From: Octopus bimaculoides
Taxonomy: Eukaryota
Direction: 5' to 3'
NCBI RefSeq assembly: GCF_001194135.2
Contig: NC_069000.1
Span: 29,814,547-29,878,546 of the forward strand
Length of the DNA stretch: 64,000 nucleotides
The notes beneath the pieces are model-generated. The model was not told the DNA's origin. It ran no database searches and was given only the letters and a program-made list of their open reading frames with translations. The stretch's first letter is position 1; each line of letters opens with the position of its first letter. Below are positions 1 through 10,844 of the stretch, in pieces. The translations under genes and the position numbers were made by a program.

Positions 1-1465
1 TATATATATATATATATGTATATATTCACATACATAGAGAGAGAGAGAGAATTGATATATAAACATTGAAAAATAAATCCACTGTAATTAAGAGCTCAAT
101 TAGTAACATGTTATCATTAAACTGGTTAGAGTGTGTGTGTGTGTGACTGGGATGTGAACAGTGTGGTTAAACAGTTTATTACATTACAGTAAATCCAAAT
201 GGGACTGACTTGCATGTATATACATAATCGGCTATACATATATATATATATACACACATAAGTACATAATTTAAAATAGTTATCAGTCAGTTGTTTTATG
301 GTTAATATATAAATAAATGTTGTATCTTTAACAGATTATGTGTTCGATTTTGTTCCATACTTAAAGCATTACATCTGTAAACTATGACAGGTTAATAATT
401 TGGGTGGATGTGTGTGCGTAAATCGACTTTACAACAGCCACCACTACAGTATGGTATACTAACCACAAATCACTGTGTTTTACAACAATTACCACCACAA
501 ACACATGTATGTAGGCAAAGGGTGTAAATGCTGGTTAGAAAATGGATCTCCTCCCTGCAGGTCTTTAAGCAAAATGCTTTGCAATATTAATTCCACACTG
601 AGTTGAGTGTTTTTGTTACTGTTTAGTTAGGGTAGTGCTCATACCCTCTCCCCCTCCTTTTTTTTTTACCTTAATCAACACCAAGGCTGGTAAGAGGAGG
701 TTATCTCCAAATTAGATATGGCATGAATTCTTGCAACAGAATGAACTCTGTTAAAAGCATTCATGGACCAGAGAATGTTGTTGAATTATTTGATAGATTA
801 AGTCTGCCACTCACGAACTCAGAATATAAAAATGGGGAACAAATATTGCCAGGTGTCTTGTCCACTGCTCTAATAATTCTGCCTGTGAACCACCTTAGAC
901 ATTAATAACTTACCATCCTTGAATGGATGAAAGGCAAAGTTGTCCTTGACAGAATTTGAACTCAGAGTGCAGAGAAGTGGAACATGTACCACAAGGCATT
1001 TTGTCTGCTACTCTTACAACTTTATTGATTCATCAAGTGTAGGACAAAACCCCCTAGGGAAAAAAAAAAACAAGGAAAGAAAAACTATGAGGATAACCCC
1101 CCTCCCCATGTAAAAAAAAAAGAACCATGCAATTTTTAAACCATAATTTTTGTTATCATTTTATGTTGAAGTTCTTTTAAAGTTAATTTTACTACAACCT
1201 GATGTTGTACTCTACGTCATTCAGAAATTCCTCCATGGTCTTCCTCTCATTCACATAGTCCAGAAGGGAGTTTAGTCCTAGCGAGGTTTTGTGTGGACCC
1301 CTGATTCATCAGTCTTGTCATTCTGTCAGAAATGCAGTGAGCCAGTAATTATGTCATTGGAATCCTGCAATCAGTGATGTTATTGTTTACCAGTTTTCAT
1401 ATGAAATAACCAAACAACATGGGTATACCAACAACTTTTGCAATGGTTTCTTACATTTCATACAG

Positions 1466-1669
1466 ACATGTGAAGACAAGGTATCTGTACTGCAGCCTGA
1501 TTACTTCCAAATTATTGACCTGTCTGAAGACTATGAATGGTCAGGATGTCAGCTGATGAACCATAGTGGCTACAGTTACAATAAATGTGATGGAATCAGG
1601 TTCTTCCGGTCGATCAGACCACGTTGGTGGTTCATCACTGTTGGACGATGTAAACCAGTTAACAACAAT
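1466..1669 (+). CDS. TMEM145: TMEM145 first in-window coding exon (luminal N-terminal domain); upstream exons lie outside the window
   Basis: Acceptor tttcatacag|ACA, donor AAT|gtgagt, phase 0-0, 204 nt. Reads TCEDKVSVLQPDYFQIIDLSEDYEWSGCQ...FRSIRPRWWFITVGRC, matching the remembered TMEM145 pattern DC..KESV..PEN.Q.INL...Y.WSGC...FRS.R.RWW. Confidence 0.9.
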
Positions 1670-2774
1670 GTGAGTATTCAACTCCCTTTTACTAATCTTC
1701 CTCTCAAGAAACTTCTGCTGTTGTGTAGGTTTTTAGCTGTGCTGACTCTCTGAGTTTGAAGCTACAGATCCCTGTCATGGCTGTGAGTATTGTTGTTGTT
1801 GCTGTTGTGCAGTAGAAGTGTTTTGAGTGAGTCATAATCTGTTGATATTACAGTGTTTGGTGAGGTGTGACCTTAGGAGTCATGGTGTTGTTTGGAGATA
1901 GTGTGCATTGGCGAGTAGCTTGGTGAATGATGGCCTTTGGAAAGAATAAACAGTGGAGTCACTAAATTTTCTAGAGAGTCACAATGTTTACTTGCAACCA
2001 CAAAGAATTTTCTAGACTACCAGAACAGTGCTGCTCCCTAACACTACTGCTATCATGATGGTACCATCTAGGTTACCAACACTGGTGCTCTTTGCACTAC
2101 TGCTATAGTGATATCCTTTTAGAGTATAGCTATGTAGAAGAAAGAAGACAGGGTCACCAATTGCATGAGAAAGTAGACAGTGAAATCTGTTGAGATTTTT
2201 GATAAACAAAATTTTATTCTTTTCGTACACAAAAAATATTATTAGTATGAATGACAAAACATCGAGAGTTTTGAATGTTAATGTTTTTGGTGCAGTTGTA
2301 GCAGCAGATAGTGTGGTTAGTCGCTTGCCTTTGGATTTTTGTATGGTTTTCATCACTGTTTACAATTTTGTTCCAATTGTTTTTAAATTTGGTATTTGGA
2401 TTAAGTTTTGTGTACTAATTATGAAAATAAAATGCATTTTCGCTATAAATCCAAAATTAAAAAGTTACTAGCCTTTAAAATTTGCAAAATTTGGGTATTT
2501 TCACCAATCAGAAGCAAGTTTTTTACACATCACCAAGGCGAAAAGCTCTGCTTCCATAGTAACTAAAGATGCTGCACATGCATACAAGAAGGAGAAGGAG
2601 ATATGAAAAAGATAATCTTCTACTATAATAATACTCTTGTGTTTTTCTCCGTTACAACATATGAATGAGAAAGGAAGGGGTGATAGATGAATAAGGAAGG
2701 AAGGGGTGATGGCAAACTGGTAGTGGGAGCATTTCAACTCTGTGTGAGTATATGTGTGTAAATGTAAAAGGGAG

Positions 2775-2815
<41 letters not shown>

Positions 2816-3896
2816 GACAACCACTAGATAACATTGGCAAGTGTATTGATTTGATTTACCATCCATATTTATATATAAAATACTACAATTGGCCGTCATT
2901 TTTGACGGCACAGAGCCAGCTAGTTTATTTTATAAAATCCTAGAATGTATTTGCAAACTTTCATTCTTGATTTTTTTTTAACTAATAAATGTCTGTTTTA
3001 AATAATGTTTTGACTGTTGTTTCTAGCAATTCCTGTTGGTTTGTTTGTTCGTAACTTTTAAATATTTAATTTGCTTGTGAATGTTTTAATGTTAACTTCA
3101 TTTGTATATATTTTAATGTTTTGACTGTTATTTCTAGCAATGCTTTGACATACCGATGCCCCTCCCCCCTCCCGATGATGGAAGTGGCAGCAAATGTGCT
3201 GTTTTCTGATTGGCTGAAAATTCTGAAAATTATCAAACTTTGAACACCTGTAACATTTTTGCAAAATTTTTCTGGAATAACAAATTTGGATTCAGCGTCA
3301 AAGATTACATCTATATGATACATTAAAAAACTTTTTTTTAAATAATTGTAAACAATGATGAAAACCACAAAGATCCATGCCTTTCATCCTCTGACTGTTC
3401 ATTGCCATTATGTTGTTAGCTATAGTCCACCATCTCTGTTGGCCATCTCCTATGGTGTCTGTCAAAGCTCTCTCTGCTGCATCTCAAAACTCTATGTCAA
3501 GTGTGCTGAATTTATACTGATGAATGGGCTCAGAAGGAAGTGCACCAAAAGATGAAATTGTTGGTGAAGTCCAGTGGCAGCTTTCCTATAAGGTGTTATC
3601 CACCCCTGATTGGAACTCTCCCGTATGACATGTACGCATGCTCAGTGACTTGCTTTAAAAGTTGCAATCAGCTAAATGCACATTGCCAGTGACATTTGAC
3701 ATAATTACCCACACTCTGTGCTCAGGATTCTTTTTTTGGTTTGATCTCGGTATCGAAGGGATTACCAGACACCGGACGATACAGTGAGAGCAGCTTTCAC
3801 TCACATCATGGTATTCGATGCTGTGTACGTGTCTGTCGTGGTAAAATATGCCACTCCTTAACTGTTGCTTTGCTTTCATCCGTAGTACGAGGTAAT

Positions 3897-4346
3897 NNNN
3901 NNNNNNNNNNNNNNNNNNNNNNNNNNNNNNNNNNNNNNNNNNNNNNNNNNNNNNNNNNNNNNNNNNNNNNNNNNNNNNNNNNNNNNNNNNNNNNNNNNNN
4001 NNNNNNNNNNNNNNNNNNNNNNNNNNNNNNNNNNNNNNNNNNNNNNNNNNNNNNNNNNNNNNNNNNNNNNNNNNNNNNNNNNNNNNNNNNNNNNNNNNNN
4101 NNNNNNNNNNNNNNNNNNNNNNNNNNNNNNNNNNNNNNNNNNNNNNNNNNNNNNNNNNNNNNNNNNNNNNNNNNNNNNNNNNNNNNNNNNNNNNNNNNNN
4201 NNNNNNNNNNNNNNNNNNNNNNNNNNNNNNNNNNNNNNNNNNNNNNNNNNNNNNNNNNNNNNNNNNNNNNNNNNNNNNNNNNNNNNNNNNNNNNNNNNNN
4301 NNNNNNNNNNNNNNNNNNNNNNNNNNNNNNNNNNNNNNNNNNNNNN
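3897..4346. other. Assembly gap (450 N)
   Basis: Run of N. Confidence 1.
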
Positions 4347-5331
4347 TCTACATGGAGCGCCGCCTAGCCAAGGGAGATAACCTACTTATAGGAAAGCCCT
4401 ATAGGCACTGTGGAACTGCAGCACCCCCTATTTCCACTTGATATTATTGATAACATTCAATATAATGAGTCGTTTTTTCTTTAATTCTTTCTTTATACTT
4501 GTACATTATATAATCCTTAAGCTTAATGTCAGTAGCCATCCCCTAGTTTATGAAAAAAATACAAAAATCCTTGTATAGAACTGTGTGCTTCACAGTTCCA
4601 GCAACACAGTGTTTGGCTGTTGTGTGCATGCTCACATGGCCAAGAAAGGAAGCTTCATGTTGGGGAAAGAGAGCGCTGTTATTCTTGTAGTGCTGGTGAA
4701 AGGTATTGTTCTTTTTGACTCTGCATGTGTTGTGCTTAAAAACATGTTTATATTCTTGAAAGTGATAAAGTGTAGAATTAGATTATTATCCTACTTCCAG
4801 CTTCAGTGTTGCTGCCAGGATTTGAAAAATAAGGCAGATTTTCCCCCCTTATTTTGTGATTTGGCGGTGGGGTTGAAAAACGTGTTCAGTGAACAAATTA
4901 AACACTCTACCTGACAGTGGCTAACACATGAACTGATCAAGTTTATATGTAAATATTTTTTTTATATGTTTGTTTCCTTTTACACAATTTTAAAACAATG
5001 GCTAAAAATCTCCTGAAGCAGCACCCTCACTAATTTTATCTACAAGCTGCCACGGGTGGAGCCTATTCTACATGAAGTTGTGATTTGTCAGATTTTATTG
5101 TTCATGGGGGCAATATTCAGTGAATCTCATCATCAGGTGATTGCTGAATGTTCCTGCTACAAATATTTGTACTTCTTAAACTCATACCATTGTGTTAATA
5201 TTTACACGCTACCGACACCAACACTGCCATGCTACTCACTACATTTTTACCTCTATGGTACTTCTTTCAGTATCATATACATTATCCAATGACCTGACTG
5301 TAAATTTGTGGCTTGTCTCTCCTTATTACAG

Positions 5332-5416
5332 GGTATCAATCTCACCTACTACCTACACCTGACCAATGGTAATCTTGGGGATTATTTCCACAGGGAACTG
5401 TCTGCTGACCAATTTA
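5332..5416 (+). CDS. TMEM145: TMEM145 exon
   Basis: ttattacag|GGT...TTTA|gtaag, phase 0-1. Reads GINLTYYLHLTNGNLGDYFHRELSADQF (cf. GLQLEYEMVLTNG...HFSADEF). Confidence 0.9.
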
Positions 5417-6257
5417 GTAAGATCTCTTACTTTTCTGTTAAGGTGTGTTTATTGTGTGATATGTTTGTGTGCATTGTGTGTGTGTGCATGTATGTGTACT
5501 GTGTGGTTGACGCATGTGTGTATAATGTGTGGTTAGTGTGTGTACAGTGCAGTGGATGTGTGTGCTTAATGTGTATGTAGTTGATTGTGTGTGCATGTGG
5601 GTGTGGTTGATGTGGATATGAATGTGTGTGTGTGTGAGTATGTGTGTTCAATGTTGGCATGTGTGTGTAGTGTAGATGATGTGTATGTGTAAACTAAGGC
5701 TGGAGTGTGTGTGTGATGTGTGGTCTGTGAGTGTGTGTGTATTAAGAGCTCTATGGTCAGTAAATGAACTCTGTGTGTGTGACATCAGTGTTTGAAAATT
5801 ACAGTCTATGTGAACTCTGCAGTTAGTGTGTTATTCTTTTTTAACATCAGGTCAGCACTGGTTAGGCCTATGGTTAAAAGACCTTCCAGCTTAGACCATT
5901 CCTTTTTCTGGTTTTTGTGATGTGTTTGAGGCTCAATTATCCAATGCATCCTTTCCTTTCTTAAGATCGAAAGTTTGAAATTTGAGGAAGATTTGATTGT
6001 TATGACTATCAGATATGCTGACCACTTATAGGCTTTTTCATTGCAGTAATTTATATGGGAAGGTCAGTATGTGTGGAATGTAATCAGTGTGTGACCAACA
6101 TGTGAACTCTGTGGTTAGTATGTGCATATATGTATGTGTGAGAATGACACTTGTGCACAGTGTGAATAGAACTGTGTGTGTAGTCAATGTGTGGTTAAAA
6201 AGTATGTCTATGGTCAGTACTGGTAGTTTATTAACCTATTTTTATTTCTATTTGTAG

Positions 6258-6329
6258 CTATTCTAGAAGTGGACATAGCATTTCTGATCTTCTTTGTCAT
6301 CTTGGCCTGTGTTGCTGTTGTCTTTTCTA
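6258..6329 (+). CDS. TMEM145: TMEM145 exon (first TM helix); not in the ORF track
   Basis: ctatttgtag|CT...TCTA|gtaagt, phase 1-1. Reads (T)ILEVDIAFLIFFVILACVAVVFS (cf. GILETDVTFLLIF). Confidence 0.88.
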
Positions 6330-6904
6330 GTAAGTCTCTTTAACACACACCATTTAATGTAATATAGTTTATTTTTCTTGAGAAGAAATGTGTCAGAAAT
6401 GAGAATTTAACAGAGCAATTTATATGCAGTAACTTTGCATTAAAGTCATAAGGCTTTGATTGGTCCCAGGCTCTAGCCGAAGACACTTGTCCAAAGTGCT
6501 ATGTAGTGGGACTGAACCCAGAACCATGTAGTTGGAAAACAAACTTCTTATCACAGAGCCATGCCTGCATCTTCACAGGGCCACACATCATTTATGCAGG
6601 TAAGAATCAGACTGCCTCATGGTTTCAGTGTGGTGTATGCGTGCGAGTAGAAGTAATCGGCTTACCTCGGATTCCATCCTTTGCACGAGTCTGTCCTGTG
6701 GTATCCGATCCTCGTGGCTTGCCCGACCCAAAGAACACTAGAAATAGCAGCTGCTTCACCCAACACCCAGACGATTGCTTGGCACGTCCTCTCCTCACAA
6801 CAACCCCGTTCGAAAAGGGCACGAAATCCTGATTGAGGCTCCCTCGGCCCTTCTTCCTCTTCTGGTCAGCTCGCCGTTCCGGTCAGCGGTCAGCTCCCCA
6901 GTTG

Positions 6905-7205
6905 CTGACATCATACCACATTCAGCAGGCAAAATGGAAAACGCGCTGCCCCAAGGATGGTAAGGGAGATGCTGTGGAACAGCCACTCTGACTCATGGGG
7001 TTTGCACTTCTGGATAGCCATCTCCACCCCAATAGCTGTGGTGAGCAGGGTCGAGAATGCTGGCAGAGAGTGACCGATACCTTGACAGTTTGCTTTCCTT
7101 AGCCTGATGAGCAGCTGAGCCTGGGCTGGTAGCTGAGCACACCAAAATGTTGCAGGATAGGTGTCATAATATATGACATCTCCTGCCACCAGGTCACTCT
7201 TATTA
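6905..7205 (-). mobile_element. Second CRE-like endonuclease fragment
   Basis: Reverse-complement similarity to 31080-31420 (GCTCATCAGGCT..GAAAGCAA.CTGTC). Reads GDVIYYDTY...AIGVEMAIQKCKPHESEWLFHSISLTIL. Confidence 0.65.
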
Positions 7206-7575
7206 TTTACTGGTTGTGAAGGCTTGACTATCAGCATGAAAGTCTAGACTAGGTTTCCCAGTATGTGTATGATTAGTCTGTGGAGATATTTGACAACTAT
7301 CTCTTGCAGTCTCCTTTTACATATTCAGGCATCAAACCCCCACCACAAAGACTGTTGGAGGGGAAATCTGTAAAATGGCCCACAACAATATTGTAACTTC
7401 CTACATGCATAAATGACGTGTGGCTCTGTGATAAGAAGTTTGTTTCTCAACTACATGGTTCTGGGTTCAGTTCCACTGCATGGCACCTTGGGCAAGTGTC
7501 TTCTGCTATAGTCTTGGACCTACAAAATCCTTGTGAGTGGTTTTAGTTGACAGAAACTGAAAAAAGACCATTATG

Positions 7576-7611
<36 letters not shown>

Positions 7612-7856
7612 NNNNNNNNNNNNNNNNNNNNNNNNNNNNNNNNNNNNNNNNNNNNNNNNNNNNNNNNNNNNNNNNNNNNNNNNNNNNNNNNNNNNNNNNN
7701 NNNNNNNNNNNNNNNNNNNNNNNNNNNNNNNNNNNNNNNNNNNNNNNNNNNNNNNNNNNNNNNNNNNNNNNNNNNNNNNNNNNNNNNNNNNNNNNNNNNN
7801 NNNNNNNNNNNNNNNNNNNNNNNNNNNNNNNNNNNNNNNNNNNNNNNNNNNNNNNN
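7612..7856. other. Assembly gap (245 N) between microsatellites
   Basis: Run of N. Confidence 1.
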
Positions 7857-7926
<70 letters not shown>

Positions 7927-7943
7927 ACAACAACAACAACAAC
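7857..7943. repeat. Compound (GCA)n(GTA)n(ACA)n microsatellite; other long tracts: (TAA)n 8531-8600 and 59081-59122; (GT)n 2778-2810, 30012-30058, 43688-43720, 53528-53570
   Basis: Directly visible simple repeats. Confidence 0.97.
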
Positions 7944-8310
7944 AAGAGCTCTCAGAGAGCGCAAACCTCCACCAAGGCAACACCAACATCCTCTCAACGA
8001 TTAACCAGAAGTAATTTTGAAAATGAGAATATCTGAAATAAACTTGACTGCTCTCACAAACGAGAATACTAAAAATGAATCTGACCGTTCTCAAAAATTA
8101 AGTTAAAAAAACGGGAAAATAATCCAGAATCCTTGTCTGGTACCAGATTGATCCCAAAATCTAATCAGTTCATGCCAGTCATGAGGCCAAACATCCCTGA
8201 AAGTTTCATCCGAATCCATCCAGAAGTTCTTGAGATATCTTGTCCATGGACAAGCAAGTAAACAAACACAGCTGAAAATAATACCTCTGCCTTCGCTAAG
8301 GTGGAGGTAA
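7941..8310 (+). mobile_element. Helentron/DINE-1-like non-autonomous element
   Basis: 5' AACAAGAGCTCTCAGAGAGC (GCTCTC-A-GAGAGC hairpin), then ACCTCCACC. 3' hairpin ACCTCTGCCTTCGCTAAGGTGGAGGT whose right arm is the inverted copy of the 5' ACCTCCACC. No TIR or TSD. Confidence 0.55.
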
Positions 8311-8313
8311 TAA

Positions 8314-8529
8314 TAATCCTTTCTACTAAAGGCACAAGGCCTGAAATTTTGGGGGAGTGGGCTAGTCGATTACACTGACCCCAGTCTTTGACTGGTACTT
8401 AATTTATTGACCCCAAAAGGATGAAAGGCAAAGTCGACCTTGGTGGAACTTGAACTCAGAACATGCAGACAGGCGAAATATTACTAAGCATTTTGCCTGG
8501 TATGCTAATGATTCTACCAGCTCACCACC

Positions 8530-8530
<1 letters not shown>
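8314..8530 (-). repeat. SINE family A; other copies at about 9597-9810(-), 15950-16160(+), 26693-26890(+), 34720-34905(+), 35520-35715(+), 44476-44695(-), 46376-46590(-)
   Basis: Shared GGCAGAAT.GTTAGCA head, GTTCAAATTC B-box and GACTTTGCCTTTCATCCTTT body in all copies. Confidence 0.85.
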
Positions 8531-8604
<74 letters not shown>

Positions 8605-8620
8605 CAAAAACAAAAACAAA

Positions 8621-8810
8621 AACACCAGGACTTACAAATATATATAACATACAGAAAATTGCACTACTGGGTACAGCACACATCCTACGCAAAACACTTT
8701 CAAAACAGTAACCATAAGAGCATCACAGCAAACCACAGCACATACCCAAGGCACACAGAGCTGCGCTTGGTAGTGAAGTGAAAGCACGTTATAAAAATAA
8801 AACTACTGAA
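8621..8810 (+). mobile_element. R4/Dong-like LINE 3' end within (TAA)n
   Basis: PGLTNIYNIQKIALLGTAHILRKTLS* resembles the QK..LLGT..ILR..L C-terminus of REL-endonuclease LINEs. Flanked on both sides by TAA runs. Confidence 0.65.
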
Positions 8811-10421
8811 CAATAATAATAATAATAGTGAAATATTTCTGTGTGTGTGTGAGAGTGAATGTGTTTGTCTTTGTCGCCACCACCCTTTGACAACTGCATT
8901 TGGTATGTTTATATCCCTGTAACATAGCGGTTTGGCAAAAGAGACCATTAGAATAAGTACCAGGCTTGAAAAAAATAAGTACTGGGGGTGATTTGTTTCA
9001 TAAAAATTCTTCCAGGAAGTGCCCCAGCATGGCCATGGTCTGAAACAAGTAAAAGATAAAAGATTAAAAAAGATAGTCTTTTTTTATGGGTGTAAAGTTT
9101 CTTCTACAGACTGACATCACACCAGGGTAGACAATATTATATACTTTATTGTATTATATACTTTTTGACTGTGCCTGCTTTTTATTTGAGTATCTACTGC
9201 AGTGACTCCCAACATGGGGCCTTGGAAAATTGTGGCATGGCATGGGATTCAAAACTTTTTTTTTTTTTTTTGGTGGGACATGGAATTGTGAAAATCGTTT
9301 TTTTACAGCAAACATACTACACTTATTACCCAGCCTAGCCAAACCAATCCCTCCAGCCAAGTATACTGTATGAAGGCTGTTTGCTACAGTATAGTGCTAT
9401 TCTAATGCCTTGATTGAAACTAACAAAATTGTTATCGTGAATCAAGAAAATCTACTGTATTCACCAGGGACAAGGTTCTCATTAAAGTGATTCGCTTTTT
9501 CCTTCTTAGTCAATAATGTATTCATTTTCTTTTTGTACTCCTTGAAAGAGTTACCAGTAGATTCTTTATGTGTTAGATGATTGATAAAATATTAGCTTTA
9601 GATTTTGACATGAGACCAATAATTTCAGGGGAGTGGGTAAATCAATTCCATCGATCCCAGTGCTCAACTGGTATGTTTGTTTTAGTGACCCTGGAAGGAT
9701 GAAAGGCAGAATTGACCACTGTGGAATTTGAACTCAGAGTGCAATGATGGACAAAGTACTTCTTAAGCATTTTGCCCAGCATGCTAACGATTCTGTCTGC
9801 TTGCTGCCTTTTGTGATAAAATATTAAAAATAAAGTTGTTTTTGTCCAACCACTGGTGGGGCATAAATTTTTCAGGAAAGTTATAGTGGGACCTGGGGGA
9901 AAATAGGTTGGGAAACACTGATCTAATGTTTGTGGTGTAGCTGAAGCCTGGTACTTATTCTATTGTTCTTTTTTGCCAAATTGCTAAGTTATGTGGATGT
10001 AAACACACCAACACTGGTTGTCAAGCAGTGGTGGGGGATAGATACAGACACAAAGACACACACAGATGCACACACAAACTGGCTTCTTTCAGTTTCTGTC
10101 TACCAAATCCACTCACAAGGCTTTGGTTAGCCTGAGGCTATAGTAGAAAACACTTTCCCAAGGTGCCACACAATGGGACTGAACCTGGAACCATGGGGTT
10201 GGGAAGCAAGCTTCTTACCACACAACCACATCTGTGCCTATATGTGAATATAAACAAAACAGTAAAGATTGTTTGCTAACATAACATGGCAGTCCTGGTT
10301 TAGGACTAATGTTGCTGTAATTTAGCCCCAGGAGACGTCGTCTCCAGCTGGCTATATGACACGATCTGTGTCCTTATATTTTCGAACAAGGGAATCTAGC
10401 AACCCCACTCAGCTCAAAACA

Positions 10422-10473
10422 ATATCTGTGTACCGCGATTTCTGGGTTATTTTTCTTCATCAGCACAGGATAA
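10422..10473 (-). ncRNA. Putative minimal type I hammerhead ribozyme, with degenerate stem II
   Basis: On -: CTGTG-CTGATGA-AGAAAAATAACCCA-GAAA-TCGCGG-TA-CACAG. The catalytic core, stem I pairing and near-palindromic stem III are all in the correct order. Confidence 0.55.
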
Positions 10474-10631
10474 TTATTCAGCTAGAGGTGGCGCTACCAA
10501 ATTCCCATTTGAAATATATAGTTTTCAAAGTGACAACTAGTCATGTTGTGAGATTTAAAAATAGTAGTTTTCCAATAAACAAAACAGTATTACATAAAAA
10601 TGGGGTGGAGGATCAGACATAATGATAAATA

Positions 10632-10662
<31 letters not shown>

Positions 10663-10694
10663 TAGTGAAATATTGTTTTGTTTGTGTGTTTCAG

Positions 10695-10844
10695 TAATCC
10701 TCCGTAACCGTCAGCTCTACCACTCCACTTACAAGATGTTCATCTTCTCTATAATGATGTATATTGGCTTCCTATTTTTCATCTGTATTCATTATGGCAA
10801 GTACGCAGAGACTGGCATTGAGAAAAGGGAGTATAAAATATTGG
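10695..10844 (+). CDS. TMEM145: TMEM145 exon
   Basis: gtgtttcag|TA...TTGG|gtaaga, phase 1-1. Reads ILRNRQLYHSTYKMF...IHYGKYAETGIEKREYKIL (cf. LLKGRQLLHTTYKMF...YWGQYATDGIG). Confidence 0.92.

Noticed and set aside
5450-6200. Sense-strand UG-rich tracts downstream of exons as a splicing code
   Set aside because: Some cases fit (5450, 10890, 21052, 45190-45310), but counterexamples exist (43590-43720, 53528) and GT repeats are ubiquitous here.
7506-8094. PolyQ, polyA and polyL ORFs, and other ORFs crossing N gaps or (CA)/(GT)/(TAA) tracts
   Set aside because: Artefacts of microsatellites and unknown bases.
10480-10496. CTCF-like motif GCTAGAGGTGGCGCT
   Set aside because: Only the 3' half (AGGTGGCGC) fits; the CCASY half is absent and the site lies at a repeat edge.
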